A stretch of DNA of 64,000 nt, taken from the IMG/VR virus record IMGVR_UViG_3300047547_000167, positions 1-64,000 of that record; one strand, 5' to 3'. Below, one piece after another: positions 37,462-47,775 of the stretch. This stretch comes from a virus. The notes under the pieces were generated by a model. It saw nothing but the letters and a program-made list of their open reading frames with translations, had not been told where the DNA came from and ran no database searches. The translations under genes and the position numbers were made by a program. How positions within the stretch are numbered: position 1 is the stretch's first letter; each line of letters begins with the position of its first letter.

Positions 37462-37770
37462 TCAGGACGGCTGCTCGGCCCCGTCCAGGATGATGACGCG
37501 CATCCCCAACTCGACGGCTACCTTGTGCTCCAGAGTCGCGCCACGCGATGCCGACCAGCCAGGCAACAGGGCGATGGTGTCGCACGTCACCAGCTGGGCC
37601 AGAGCCATCCTCATGTACGCAGCCCAGGTGCCACAGGCAGGCACCGGGTTCTCGGCTGGGTTTTCCACGTGCGCACCGGTTGCTCGAAGGCGAGCCGCCG
37701 CCGCGTGGAAAGCCGGGTAGTTAAAGGCTGGCAAACCGGACATCGGGCCAGCCAGGTACGTGCGGTCCAT
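37462..37770 (-). CDS. DUF4406 (nucleoside deoxyribosyltransferase-like) protein
   Basis: YLAGPMSG..FNYPAF, NPA, LPGW..SRGA.LE. Confidence 0.8.
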   Translation of the reverse strand: MDRTYLAGPMSGLPAFNYPAFHAAAARLRATGAHVENPAENPVPACGTWAAYMRMALAQLVTCDTIALLPGWSASRGATLEHKVAVELGMRVIILDGAEQPS

Positions 37771-37997
37771 CAGGAGCCCGCAGCGGCCGCAGCCTTTTCG
37801 GCCTCCAGGCGCACCACCTCGGCCTCCAGCTCGTCAACCTTCGACACAGACTGGGGAGCGCGGTAGCGCCAGCGTTCGACCGTGGCGCGGGCGATGCCGG
37901 TCTTCTTGCAGATTTGCGTGAGATTGCTGCCCGTCGCCTTGGCGCGGGCTTCGATGGATTGCAGGCGGCTCTGCAGCTCTGCGGCGAAAGTGGACAT
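37770..37997 (-). CDS. Cro-like HTH regulator
   Basis: LTQICKKTGIARATVERW; first gene of the divergent replication operon. Confidence 0.75.
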   Translation of the reverse strand: MSTFAAELQSRLQSIEARAKATGSNLTQICKKTGIARATVERWRYRAPQSVSKVDELEAEVVRLEAEKAAAAAGS

Positions 37998-38161
37998 AGG
38001 TACTCCGTTGAAAAGATGGCGGAGTTTACATTAAAAACGCTGCATCCCGCAAAAATGTTTTACAATAAAGCCGTGACGCAGCGGGAAATTCCGGTAATTC
38101 CGGGGTTTTTACATTGCAGGTTACTGACGGTTTGTTTCAAAATTTTTGAGAAAGGTGATTC

Positions 38162-39019
38162 ATGATCCAAGCAGCGCAGCAGACATCAGGAGTTATCGCC
38201 AGAGAGGAAGCGGGCGCTGCCGGGTACAAGCGCTACTTCACCGGCGTGCCGTGCATGAGGGGGCATGTCGCCGAGCGACTCGTGACCAACACGCGATGCG
38301 TCCAGTGCCACAGGGAGAAAGCCAAGGTGCAGCGGGCCGCCGATCCGAGGTTGGCGGCCAGGCTGGAGGCGGCCGCGTCCGCAGCAATAGCGGCCGGGAA
38401 AAATCTGCTGTCGCGCCAGGAGGCCATCGCACTTGGCGCGAGGCACTTTTTCACGGGGGTGGCATGTATTCGAGGACACATCTCCGAACGACTTGTCAGC
38501 GATCACTCATGCAAAGAATGCAACAGGGCGAAGGCCGCACAAGAGCGCGCACTCAATCCCGAACTGGTCAGGCGCAGGGTTCGGCAAAGCTATCAACGCC
38601 ACATCGAAAAGCAGCGCGAACAATCTCGTCAGTACATGAATGCCAAGTACGCATCCAACCCAGAGGCATTTCGAGATAGGCTGCGTCAACGACGTGCAAG
38701 CGACCCAGTTTTTGCCTTTAACCACCGCGCTCGACAGATGGTCCGATCAGCGTTGATGAGGACTGGATTCAGAAAGGCCAACAAGACAGAGGCCCTTCTG
38801 GGTTGCTCCCTGGCTGAATTTAGAGGGCACATCCAGCGTCAATTCTTGCCCGGTATGGGATGGCACAACATGAGAGCTTGGGAAATCGACCACATCGTCC
38901 CGATCTCAACAGCAAAAACCAAGGAGGAAGCCGAAGCCCTCAACCACTTCACCAACCTGCGACCGCTCTGGAAGATCGACAACAGAAGCAAGCACAGCAA
39001 GACCACGCACCTGATTTGA
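38162..39019 (+). CDS. HNH endonuclease with two tandem Zn-binding repeats
   Basis: 2x (Y/F)FTG..C..GH..ERLV...C..C; GMGWHN..WEIDHIVP..NHFTNLRPLW..DN. Confidence 0.8.
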   Translation: MIQAAQQTSGVIAREEAGAAGYKRYFTGVPCMRGHVAERLVTNTRCVQCHREKAKVQRAADPRLAARLEAAASAAIAAGKNLLSRQEAIALGARHFFTGVACIRGHISERLVSDHSCKECNRAKAAQERALNPELVRRRVRQSYQRHIEKQREQSRQYMNAKYASNPEAFRDRLRQRRASDPVFAFNHRARQMVRSALMRTGFRKANKTEALLGCSLAEFRGHIQRQFLPGMGWHNMRAWEIDHIVPISTAKTKEEAEALNHFTNLRPLWKIDNRSKHSKTTHLI

Positions 39020-39027
39020 GCACCAGC

Positions 39028-39861
39028 ATGACTACAGAACCAAAGAAACTCGGTCTCGTGATCGAAACCAATGACGAATACCACTCCCACACGGAGTCGA
39101 TCAGCAAGAGCCACCTGGACACGATAGCGTCCGGGTCTCCCCGCCATTACTGGTGGAAATACTTGGCGCCTAACCGCGAGCGCCAAGAGCCCACCGCCGC
39201 CATGATCATGGGTACAGCGGTGCACTCGGCCATCCTGGAGCCCGACCTTTTCACCACGGAGATCATCGAATCGCCGGACTTCGACCGCCGCACCAAGGTG
39301 GGCAAGGCCGAGTACGAGGCATTCCAGCAGGCGAACAAAGGCAAGATCGTCCTCGCCCCCGAAGACTTCGCCACCTGCCTGGCCATCCGCGATGCCGTGC
39401 ACGCCCACCCGGTGGCCGCAGGCCTGCTCCAGGGCGGGCGTGCAGAACAATCGTTCTACGCCATCGACCGCGAGACGGGCGAACTCATCAAGTGCCGCAC
39501 CGACTACATGCACGACAGCGGCGCGATGATCGTGGACGTGAAGACGACCGAGGACGCCAGCCCCAACGGGTTCGGCAAGTCGGCGGCGAACTTCCGGTAC
39601 CCCATCCAGACAGCCTGGTACAACGGCGTGCTGGATGCCGCGTTTGGGGAGCACCCGAACACCTGGGTGTTTCTCGCGGTCGAGAAGAAGCCACCCTACG
39701 CGGTCGGCATCTACTTCATGGACGACGACACGCTGGCCCGCGCAGAGATCGCCGCGCGCCGGGACTTCCTGCGCATCGTGGAGTGCAGGCGGTCGGGCGA
39801 ATGGCCCGATTACGGCATGCAGCCGATGCCGCTGGCCCTGCCGGGCTGGAGCAAGCTCTGA
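39028..39861 (+). CDS. RecE/exonuclease VIII-like PD-(D/E)xK nuclease
   Basis: YH, ISKSHLD, GTAVHSAILEP, KCRTD, VDVKTT, Y.IQ.AWY, AVEK. Confidence 0.9.
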   Translation: MTTEPKKLGLVIETNDEYHSHTESISKSHLDTIASGSPRHYWWKYLAPNRERQEPTAAMIMGTAVHSAILEPDLFTTEIIESPDFDRRTKVGKAEYEAFQQANKGKIVLAPEDFATCLAIRDAVHAHPVAAGLLQGGRAEQSFYAIDRETGELIKCRTDYMHDSGAMIVDVKTTEDASPNGFGKSAANFRYPIQTAWYNGVLDAAFGEHPNTWVFLAVEKKPPYAVGIYFMDDDTLARAEIAARRDFLRIVECRRSGEWPDYGMQPMPLALPGWSKL

Positions 39862-39887
39862 TTTCTCACCTCACGAAAACGACCACC

Positions 39888-41207
39888 ATGAAAATCTCAT
39901 TCGTCAAAATCTCCAACATCCTCGGCATCGACCACCTCGAATTCAGCCCCGAGGGCTTCACGCAGATCACCGGGCCCAACGGCCAGGGCAAGACCAGCGT
40001 GCTCGAAGCCATCAAGGCCGCCACAGGGCAAGGCCACGACGCCACGCTGCTGCGCAAGGGGGCCGACAAGGGCGAGGTAGTGCTCGTGCTGGACGACGGC
40101 ACCGAAATCCAGCAGCGCGTCACCGCCAGCCGCACGACCCGCGATGTGGTGCGCGACGGCAAGAAGGTCACGAAGCCGGGCGACGCCATCAAGGCGCTCA
40201 CCGACGCGCTGAGCGTGAACCCGGTCGAGTTCCTGACCGCCCGCCCCAAGGACCGCGTGCAGGTGCTGCTGGAGAGCATGCCCATCGAGCTGGACGCCGC
40301 CAGGCTGTCCCAGGCCTCCGGCCTGCCCGTCACCCCCACGGCAGGCGCCCACGCCCTGGCCATCATCGACCACGTGCGAAAGCAGGTCTTTGATGACCGC
40401 ACGGGCACCAACCGGGCGGTGAAGGAGAAGGACGCGACGATCAACCAGCTGCGCATCGCCATGCCCGACGCGCCAGGTGGCGTCGAGGGCGACGAAGACA
40501 GCCTGCGCGCCCAACTGGAGCAGGCGCGAGTCACGCTCGACACCGAGCAGCAGCGCATCGACACCAAGCTCTCCACCATCCGCGCCGAGAGCGTGGCGCG
40601 TACCCAGGCCTTGAAAGATGAGGCCCGCGCCAAGATCGACGCCATCCAAGCGGAGCTGGCCGCAGCCATCGACGCCGAGCGCACCACGCTGGCCGACACA
40701 GAGGCCAAGGCCGGGCGCGTGCGCAGCAAGGCCGGTCAGACGTACCACGAAACGGCCAACCCGCTGGAAGCCGCCATTGCAGCCATCGCCGCCAACCGCG
40801 ACGCCGCCGCCAAGCGCAAGGCCACCGCCGACACCATCGCCATGATGACCACCGAGCTGGCCGAGCTGCAAGCCGACGCCGCGCGCCAGACCAAGGCGCT
40901 GGACGACATCGACGCCTACAAGGCCGAGCTGCTGGCCAACCTGCCCATCCCCGACCTGGAAGTGATCGACGGCGAGGTCTACCGCAAGGGCGTGCCATTC
41001 GACCGCCTGAACACAGCCCAGCGCGTCGGCATCGCCTTCGAGATCGCCAAGCTGCGCGCGGGCGAACTGAAGGCGGTGTGCCTCGACGGCTGCGAGCTGC
41101 TGGACGACGAGCACCTGAAGGAACTGGAGCGCAACGCAGAAGAAAGCGGCATCCAGGTCTTCATCACGCGGGTCACCGGCAAAGAATTTGCGGTAGAAAC
41201 CAAGTAA
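39888..41207 (+). CDS. SMC/Rad50-like ABC ATPase
   Basis: GPNGQGKTS, central coiled coil, LNTAQR, CLDGCE. Confidence 0.85.
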   Translation: MKISFVKISNILGIDHLEFSPEGFTQITGPNGQGKTSVLEAIKAATGQGHDATLLRKGADKGEVVLVLDDGTEIQQRVTASRTTRDVVRDGKKVTKPGDAIKALTDALSVNPVEFLTARPKDRVQVLLESMPIELDAARLSQASGLPVTPTAGAHALAIIDHVRKQVFDDRTGTNRAVKEKDATINQLRIAMPDAPGGVEGDEDSLRAQLEQARVTLDTEQQRIDTKLSTIRAESVARTQALKDEARAKIDAIQAELAAAIDAERTTLADTEAKAGRVRSKAGQTYHETANPLEAAIAAIAANRDAAAKRKATADTIAMMTTELAELQADAARQTKALDDIDAYKAELLANLPIPDLEVIDGEVYRKGVPFDRLNTAQRVGIAFEIAKLRAGELKAVCLDGCELLDDEHLKELERNAEESGIQVFITRVTGKEFAVETK

Positions 41208-41275
41208 TCGCGGGAAATTGCGTTAAAATTAGTGCATCACAACCGCCCCATCGGGGGCTTCAACCAGGAGAATTC

Positions 41276-41548
41276 ATGAAACCCAAATCAACCAAAGCGC
41301 CCGCGAGCGCAAAACCCAAAGCAACCACAGAGCCCGCAAGCGCACCAGGCCCGACGATCCAAGGCCCGACGATCCAAAATTGCAGCATCGTGAACACGAG
41401 CGCCGCCAACGAGCACACACGCGCCGCAGTCGAAGCACTGGCTGCAGCCGTCAAAGCTAACGCCGAGGCGATCACAGCTATCGCCAACGGCCTCAAAGGT
41501 TCACCGGCCACGATGCAGTCCGGCATTCACCTGCAGGGCCTGCAATGA
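41276..41548 (+). CDS. hypothetical protein
   Basis: AGGAG RBS; QGPTI repeat. Confidence 0.6.
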   Translation: MKPKSTKAPASAKPKATTEPASAPGPTIQGPTIQNCSIVNTSAANEHTRAAVEALAAAVKANAEAITAIANGLKGSPATMQSGIHLQGLQ

Positions 41549-41607
41549 CCTCCGTGCGCCTACACCGCGCCCACGCCTGATCACACCCCGCAACTACGAA
41601 AGAAACC

Positions 41608-42618
41608 ATGAGTCAAGAACTCGTCACCCAGCAGCACCAGTCTGCACCGTTCGCGCAGGGCCGCGCGCTGGCAGCCAGCGTGAACGCCGGCGCCGTAAGC
41701 GTGGAACAGGAGCGCGCGGTCGCGGAAGCCCAGGGCCAGCTCGTGCTGGCAAAGAAATTTCCCCGCGACAACAGCGCGTCCTACGCGGAGCTGATGGAGT
41801 CCTGCAAAATGCCCGCATTCGCAGCGGTCGCGTTTTACAGCGTCCCTCGCGGCGGCGGGAAGGTAACAGGCCCCAGCATTCGGCTGGCTGAAGAAATCGC
41901 CCGCTGCTACGGGAACTTCAGTTATGGGCACCGCGAGCTGTCACGAAGCGCCGGAAAGTCCGAGGTGGAGGTTTACGCCTGGGACATGGAGAAGAACAAC
42001 CGCCGCATCCGGCAGATCACGGTCGAGCACGTCATCGACACGCGCGACGGCCCCAAGAAGATGCGCGACAGCAAGGAAATCGACGACAAGATCAGCAACG
42101 TGGCGAGCAAGCAGGTGCGCGGCCTGATGCTGGCCTTGATGCCAAAATGGATGGTGGAGAGCGCCATCGAGGAATGCCGCAAGACACTGGCCGGCAACAA
42201 CGACGAGCCGATCAGTGTGCGGGTTCGCAAAATGACCCAGGCATTCGCCCGGTTCGGCGTGACCACAGAGCACTTGGAGCGCCACCTCGGCCACAAACTG
42301 GACGATGTGCTGGCTGACGAGCTGGTGGACCTGATGGGGGTTTTCAACAGCCTGAAGGAAGGCACCCCAGCATCCGAGTTCTTCGGCCAGCAGGAAGCCG
42401 CCGAGGCCGTGGCCAACACCGCCGAGGCGATCAAGGCCACGGCAGCCGCCGCGCCACGAAAGGCAGCCGCAGCGAAGCCCGAACCCGCCCCCGCTGCAGC
42501 GCAGCAAGAAAGCAAGGCTGTGACAAAACCGAGCAATCCGGTGAAAGAACAGCCAGCCCAGGCAGAGGTACAGGAGCCCACCGCATCCCCCGCAGACGAT
42601 GGAGCTGACGTCTTCTAA
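41608..42618 (+). CDS. putative ssDNA-annealing recombinase
   Basis: KFPRD, FYSVPRGG, GPSIRLAEEIAR; next to RecE-like gene; acidic C-terminus. Confidence 0.6.
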   Translation: MSQELVTQQHQSAPFAQGRALAASVNAGAVSVEQERAVAEAQGQLVLAKKFPRDNSASYAELMESCKMPAFAAVAFYSVPRGGGKVTGPSIRLAEEIARCYGNFSYGHRELSRSAGKSEVEVYAWDMEKNNRRIRQITVEHVIDTRDGPKKMRDSKEIDDKISNVASKQVRGLMLALMPKWMVESAIEECRKTLAGNNDEPISVRVRKMTQAFARFGVTTEHLERHLGHKLDDVLADELVDLMGVFNSLKEGTPASEFFGQQEAAEAVANTAEAIKATAAAAPRKAAAAKPEPAPAAAQQESKAVTKPSNPVKEQPAQAEVQEPTASPADDGADVF

Positions 42619-42836
42619 TGAGCACCGCACGATTTCTGAGCGCGCAGGAAGTCTCAGATCGCTACGACGGCAAGATCAGCGTGAGAACGCTGGCCAACTG
42701 GCGAAACCTGGGCTCCGGCCCGCCATATTCAAAAATTGGAGGCCGCGTGCTGTACCCATCAGAGAAGCTGGTGGAATGGGAACAGCGCAACACAGTCAAA
42801 TCCACCAGCGAATACTCAAGAGGTAACACAGCATGA
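42618..42836 (+). CDS. excisionase/AlpA-like HTH protein
   Basis: TLANWR..GSGPPYSKIGGRVLY. Confidence 0.8.
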   Translation: MSTARFLSAQEVSDRYDGKISVRTLANWRNLGSGPPYSKIGGRVLYPSEKLVEWEQRNTVKSTSEYSRGNTA

Positions 42837-43108
42837 TGAAAAAAGCAGAACTGGCTAAGGCCATCGCAGAAAAAGTAGGCATCACCAACGTCAAGGCGCA
42901 CGAGTGCCTGGATGCATTGGCCGCCGTCACCAGTGAGCAGCTGGCAGAAGGCCAGGAGATCTCTCTCCCTGGCATCGGCAAGCTCAGCACCACGGCGCGC
43001 CCCGAGCGCCCTGGGCGCAACGTGAAGACCGGCGAGAGCATCACCATCAAGGCGTCGACCGGGGTGAAGTTCAAAGTAGCGTCATCCCTCAAGGACGCGG
43101 TTCAATAA
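42833..43108 (+). CDS. HU-like histone-like DNA-binding protein
   Basis: MKKAELAKAIA, PGIGK, RPERPGRNVKTGE. Confidence 0.9.
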   Translation: MMKKAELAKAIAEKVGITNVKAHECLDALAAVTSEQLAEGQEISLPGIGKLSTTARPERPGRNVKTGESITIKASTGVKFKVASSLKDAVQ

Positions 43109-43134
43109 AAAAACGGGGCCTTCGGGCCCCGGTT
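43107..43134. terminator. intrinsic terminator hairpin
   Basis: A-run, CGGGGCC-TTCG-GGCCCCG. Confidence 0.65.
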
Positions 43135-43150
43135 CATTCTCGGGAGGTGT

Positions 43151-43876
43151 ATGAGTTGTTTGCACGTTAGACCTGTCGCATACCATGTCACTTTGATGGA
43201 TGGAAGGTGGTGCATTGCCTACGCGCTGCACAACGCGACCGCTAAAAATCGCGGAGCAAAATCACTTGGCGAGAAAAAAGGAAACGTCGCGTCATGCGTT
43301 CGGTTTCCAGAGCTTGACGCCGCTGCACCAGACGAATCCTCACTGGCGCAAAAGCGTGGGCGCCCACTGCCTCCTGGCGCTCACGATGCCGAGAAAGCAG
43401 ACCAGAACATCAGGTGTTGCACCACATGCGGCAGCATGAAGCAAAAGTCAGAATTCAACATCTTGTCAAAAGCGTCTAACCAACTCACACGCGAGTGCAA
43501 GCAATGCAGGTCTGAGAGATGGAAGAAGCTGGAGCCTGAAGACAGGATAAATCAGATGCTCTCAATGGCGAGGCATCGCGCAAAGAAGATGAAAATACCA
43601 TTCAACTTAAAGCCATCTGACATTAAGATACCGGCGCTTTGCCCCGTCCTTGGTATACCAATTCAATTTAGCGATTTGCAGAATCGCCACAACTCTCCAA
43701 GCCTCGACAGAATAATTCCCGAGCTCGGCTACACACCAAGCAACGTGATTGTTGTTTCATGGCTTGCAAACGACATTCGGCGCAACTTTAGACCTGACGA
43801 CATCGTGACGGTTGGGGCGTTTTACAAAAAAATTGCCGTGACCCGGGCGGCGGAAAGGGTGACGGTGGTGGTATGA
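43151..43876 (+). CDS. HNH-type homing endonuclease (low GC)
   Basis: CTTC/CKQC; CPVLG..SPSLDRIIPELGY..NV.VVS..AN. Confidence 0.7.
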   Translation: MSCLHVRPVAYHVTLMDGRWCIAYALHNATAKNRGAKSLGEKKGNVASCVRFPELDAAAPDESSLAQKRGRPLPPGAHDAEKADQNIRCCTTCGSMKQKSEFNILSKASNQLTRECKQCRSERWKKLEPEDRINQMLSMARHRAKKMKIPFNLKPSDIKIPALCPVLGIPIQFSDLQNRHNSPSLDRIIPELGYTPSNVIVVSWLANDIRRNFRPDDIVTVGAFYKKIAVTRAAERVTVVV

Positions 43877-44100
43877 GCTACTACACCCCAATACAAACAC
43901 TGGTCGCCCGCAAGGAGCACCGCTGCACTAATTGCGGCGAGTCAATTAACGCGGGCGACGCCTACAAACGCTGGTCCAGCGTGGAGAATGTCTGGTTTAC
44001 CAGCAAGATGCACCCCGAGTGCCTCCAGTGGCTCCTGGACGATGCCGATGGCGGAGAATTCGAGTACACGCCATACGATGGCGAGAGGCCCAAGCCATGA
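43873..44100 (+). CDS. small Zn-binding protein
   Basis: ARKEHRCTNC..I..G..Y..HPEC. Confidence 0.7.
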   Translation: MSYYTPIQTLVARKEHRCTNCGESINAGDAYKRWSSVENVWFTSKMHPECLQWLLDDADGGEFEYTPYDGERPKP

Positions 44101-44363
44101 CCCCCCAACACAAAACCCACATCGCCGCCGAACCCGGCCAGGTCTTCTGGCGCCACGGGCGGTGCCCGCATCGAGGCTCCAAGGTGCTGCTGCTGACCAT
44201 CGGCGGAATCTGCGTCACCGGCAGCTGGTATGGCGAGCCGGGGCAGTATTTCTCCGCCTGGTCGCCCATGCCGAAGACGGGATCGCCGCCGCCGGACATC
44301 CGCAGCGCCTCGCTGTGGGAGCGCATCAAGTACGCCGTCAGGCTGGTGATGGGGTGGGCGTGA
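44097..44363 (+). CDS. hypothetical protein
   Basis: KVLLLT.GG..V.G.W..AW.P.P. Confidence 0.6.
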   Translation: MTPQHKTHIAAEPGQVFWRHGRCPHRGSKVLLLTIGGICVTGSWYGEPGQYFSAWSPMPKTGSPPPDIRSASLWERIKYAVRLVMGWA

Positions 44364-44642
44364 AGCGCACCGGGTGGTACCGGCCGGATCAGGTTCCAGC
44401 CAGGCGCGGCTGGTACGAGCGCGACCACCGCCAGGTGCCGTACCAGAACCGGGAAGACCGGCGAATCAGCCTCGACCTATGGGAGCCGGTGCGTGACCGC
44501 CGAAGCATCCTGTACCCGGGTGTGTGGTACGTCCAGGGCACGCCGTACTGGTACACGTGCGGGCGCACCGGGCAGCGCGTGCTGGCGGACAACATCAACG
44601 ACGCCAGCCACCAGAACCTGCCGTGGCGGGGGGTGGTGGGGC

Positions 44643-44653
<11 letters not shown>
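44360..44653 (+). CDS. hypothetical protein
   Basis: TGWY...P.R.GWYE...WRG. Confidence 0.6.
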
Positions 44654-44955
<302 letters not shown>

Positions 44956-44964
44956 GAGGACAAC

Positions 44965-46128
44965 ATGCCAAAACTCACCAAGACCACCATCGACAACCTG
45001 AAGCCCGCCGCCACCGAGCAGTGGGTCTGGTGCTCCGAGCTCCCCGGCTTTGGGGTGCGCTGCCAACCCAGCGGCAACAAGACCTACATCGCCCGCTACC
45101 GCACCCAGGACGGCACCCAGCGCAAGCAAAAGATCGCCCGCACCTGCGACATGCCACCGGACAAAGCCCGCGACCTGGCGCGCAAGGTCTTCGCCGCCGT
45201 AGCCGAAGGCAAAGACCCCAAGCAGGACCAGCGCGACGCCAAAGCCGCGCCAACGGTCGCCGAAATGTCGGCCCGCTACATGAAGGAACACGCCGAGCCC
45301 TTCAAGAAGGACGCCAGCGTGCGCAGCGACGCCAACAACTGGCGCCTCCACATCCTGCCAGCCATGGGCAGCAAAAAGGTGCGCGCCATCACCAAAGCCG
45401 ACGTGCTCAGCCTCATGGGCAAGATGACCGACAAACAAGCCGCAGCCAACCAGGTGGTGGCCCTGCTCAGCAAGTCCTTCAACCTCGCCGAAGACTGGGG
45501 CTGGCGAGACGCCAACAGCAACCCCTGCCGCCGCATCAAAAAGTACAAGATCGCCGAAAAAGAGCTGATCCTCAGCCCCGCCGAAATCGGCACGCTCGAC
45601 AAGACCATGACCGACATGGTGGGCAGCGGCACCCTGCGCCCCGAGTTCGCGTCCTTCATCCGCCTGCTCATGCTCACCGGCTGCCGCAAGAGCGAAGTCA
45701 TGCTGGCCCGCTGCGAGTGGATCGACCTGGAACGCGGACTCCTGCTCCTGCCCGACTCCAAGGTCGGCCAGCGCAAGATCGCCATGTCGCCAGCAGCCAT
45801 CCAGATCGCCAAGGCGCTCATGGCCAACGGCGGCGAATGGCTCATCCCCGGGCGGCGCGTCGGCAAGCCGCTCCAGACCCCGTACAAGGTGTGGAAGGCC
45901 GTGAAGGAAGCCGCAGGCCTGCCCATCGAACTGCGCCTCCACGACCTGCGCCACAGCGCCGGGTCACTGGCACACATGGCCGGCGCCAGCCAGAAGCAGG
46001 TGGCCACCATGCTGGGCCACAGCCAGCTCAGCACCACCGAGCGATACCTGCACGGCCTGACCGGCGACGCGGCCGCCACAGCGGCCAAAATCGGCGACGT
46101 GATAACGAAGGCATGGGCCACGGCGTGA
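44965..46128 (+). CDS. int: tyrosine integrase with arm-binding domain
   Basis: ELPGFGVR; TGCRKSE, K, HDLRH, LGH, RY. Confidence 0.95.
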   Translation: MPKLTKTTIDNLKPAATEQWVWCSELPGFGVRCQPSGNKTYIARYRTQDGTQRKQKIARTCDMPPDKARDLARKVFAAVAEGKDPKQDQRDAKAAPTVAEMSARYMKEHAEPFKKDASVRSDANNWRLHILPAMGSKKVRAITKADVLSLMGKMTDKQAAANQVVALLSKSFNLAEDWGWRDANSNPCRRIKKYKIAEKELILSPAEIGTLDKTMTDMVGSGTLRPEFASFIRLLMLTGCRKSEVMLARCEWIDLERGLLLLPDSKVGQRKIAMSPAAIQIAKALMANGGEWLIPGRRVGKPLQTPYKVWKAVKEAAGLPIELRLHDLRHSAGSLAHMAGASQKQVATMLGHSQLSTTERYLHGLTGDAAATAAKIGDVITKAWATA

Positions 46129-46180
46129 TGCCACAATACCAGCGGCCCCAATCCGGGGCCGCTATCACGTCGAGAACAGA

Positions 46181-46408
46181 ATGAGCCTTGAAGACAACGC
46201 CCAAGACTACGAAGCCAAGGAATGGGCGGCCAGGAACGCACCACGGCCAGAGCGCCCAACATACGCTCCAGGCGACGCCGGGTATGGCCCCGAGGAATGC
46301 GATCAGTGCGACGGAGCCGTGCACCCCGTGCGCCGAGCCAACGGCTGGAGGCTGTGCACGTCGTGCCAGTCGGCACGCGAGATCGTTACTGCCCGGCTGG
46401 CGCGCTGA
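46181..46408 (+). CDS. DksA/TraR C4 Zn-finger protein
   Basis: CDQC...RR....LCTSCQ. Confidence 0.8.
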   Translation: MSLEDNAQDYEAKEWAARNAPRPERPTYAPGDAGYGPEECDQCDGAVHPVRRANGWRLCTSCQSAREIVTARLAR

Positions 46409-46700
46409 GAGCCTCCACGACCTGCCGGTGGCGGTCCTGGCAGTCGCGGTACATCCGCGCCGTGTTCACACCCCAGCGCAGCACGGCGCCAGCAGTCCCG
46501 TCCACGGGCTCACCGAGATCAGGGCACGGCTGGCGAAGGCTTGCCGGAATCGTTGTGGCCTCCGTGGATGGCATCGGAGAGGACGCGCAGCCCATCAGGA
46601 TCGAGGCAGACATTGCGGTAAACAGGCCGCTCCACAATCCGGTCCACCGTCTCGGTGATGACTTGGTACACGACACGCTCGCGCTCCTTGAAAACTTCAT
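46386..46700 (-). CDS. o-spanin (Rz1-like lipoprotein); start uncertain
   Basis: LMGC lipobox, Pro-rich, overlaps i-spanin. Confidence 0.65.
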   Translation of the reverse strand: MKFSRSASVSCTKSSPRRWTGLWSGLFTAMSASILMGCASSPMPSTEATTIPASLRQPCPDLGEPVDGTAGAVLRWGVNTARMYRDCQDRHRQVVEALSAPAGQ

Positions 46701-46875
46701 GGGTGGCCGCCGCCGTGTCGGCCTTGCGGGCACGCAGGCGCACCAGCTCGGCAGCATCCTCGCGCCGCTCCAGCTCGGCAGAATCGCGTCGCCAGCCCTG
46801 AGCCTTCCAGCCCGCGCCAAATGCCACAGCAGCCGCCACAGCGGCGACAACCAGGTGCGACTGGAACGGGATCAC
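46519..46875 (-). CDS. i-spanin (Rz-like)
   Basis: N-terminal TM, GWKAQGWR, coiled coil, PVYRNVC. Confidence 0.75.
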   Translation of the reverse strand: MIPFQSHLVVAAVAAAVAFGAGWKAQGWRRDSAELERREDAAELVRLRARKADTAAATHEVFKERERVVYQVITETVDRIVERPVYRNVCLDPDGLRVLSDAIHGGHNDSGKPSPAVP

Positions 46876-47495
46876 GCCAGCGCTCGGTCGGCGGCCAGCG
46901 TCACCTCGGCGCGGTGCTCAATACCCACCGTGCCGCCATTCACGCGGCGCGTGACCTTCACGATGTTGTCCATGATGGAGTCCGGCAGGTTGCCCTCCCA
47001 CCACGCCACGGATGCGCGCAGCGCGCACTCAGGCTGCGCCAGGAGGTCGGGGTTGCCCGTCAGGTCCACACCAATGGCGCGGCCCACGGCGGTGTAGTTG
47101 TCCCGGCCGGTGACCTGGAGCAGACCGCGACCCCGGAAGCGGAAGCCGTCGCCATGCTGCATGTTGCCCATGCGGCCGCTGTAGACGTAGTTCGCCAGGC
47201 CCTCGGGGTTGCGCACGTAGGGAGCCGCGTCGGCCGGCGTGCGGAACCGGCGCGGCCACACTTTGCACAGGCGGTCGGCGCTGGTGTACGTGAGGCCTTC
47301 CTCGACGCGCTCCAGCATGCCGGACTCGTGGAGCACCTGACCCAGGAAGTCGCCCAGCTCGGACGCGCCAGCGCTGAAAGAGCCGTCTGTGATGACGGCA
47401 GAGAATACGGGGGCCCAGCGGGTTGCCGTGGCGCGCTTGACGCCGCAGCGCGTGAGAATTTCAGTCCACTGGGCGGGAGTCTTGGAAATCGTCAT
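46872..47495 (-). CDS. GH19 endolysin
   Basis: FLGQVLHES, DGFRFRGRGLLQVTGRDNY, TRRVNGG. Confidence 0.9.
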   Translation of the reverse strand: MTISKTPAQWTEILTRCGVKRATATRWAPVFSAVITDGSFSAGASELGDFLGQVLHESGMLERVEEGLTYTSADRLCKVWPRRFRTPADAAPYVRNPEGLANYVYSGRMGNMQHGDGFRFRGRGLLQVTGRDNYTAVGRAIGVDLTGNPDLLAQPECALRASVAWWEGNLPDSIMDNIVKVTRRVNGGTVGIEHRAEVTLAADRALA

Positions 47496-47775
47496 CGGGG
47501 TTCTCGCGGAAGGCAAACGGCACGCCGTGGCGCCAGTGGAATGCCGTCACGGCCTGCAGAGCGAGGATCGCAAACAGCATGAAGATCGAGTCAGGTGTCG
47601 CCCGCCAATCCGGGACGACGAGGGGGGCGAAAAGCGAAAAGACCACCGCCGCCGTGAGCAAGTAGAAGGCCAGGAGAATCGGCAGCTTGGTGCTGCCGTC
47701 CGTCTTCACCGCCCTGCAAAACTGGGAGTAAAGCAGGGCCAATGACAGGGCGATGTGGAGGTCTGTGAGGCTCAT
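47461..47775 (-). CDS. membrane lysis protein (holin/antiholin-like)
   Basis: 3 TM segments within lysis cassette. Confidence 0.6.
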   Translation of the reverse strand: MSLTDLHIALSLALLYSQFCRAVKTDGSTKLPILLAFYLLTAAVVFSLFAPLVVPDWRATPDSIFMLFAILALQAVTAFHWRHGVPFAFRENPDDDFQDSRPVD

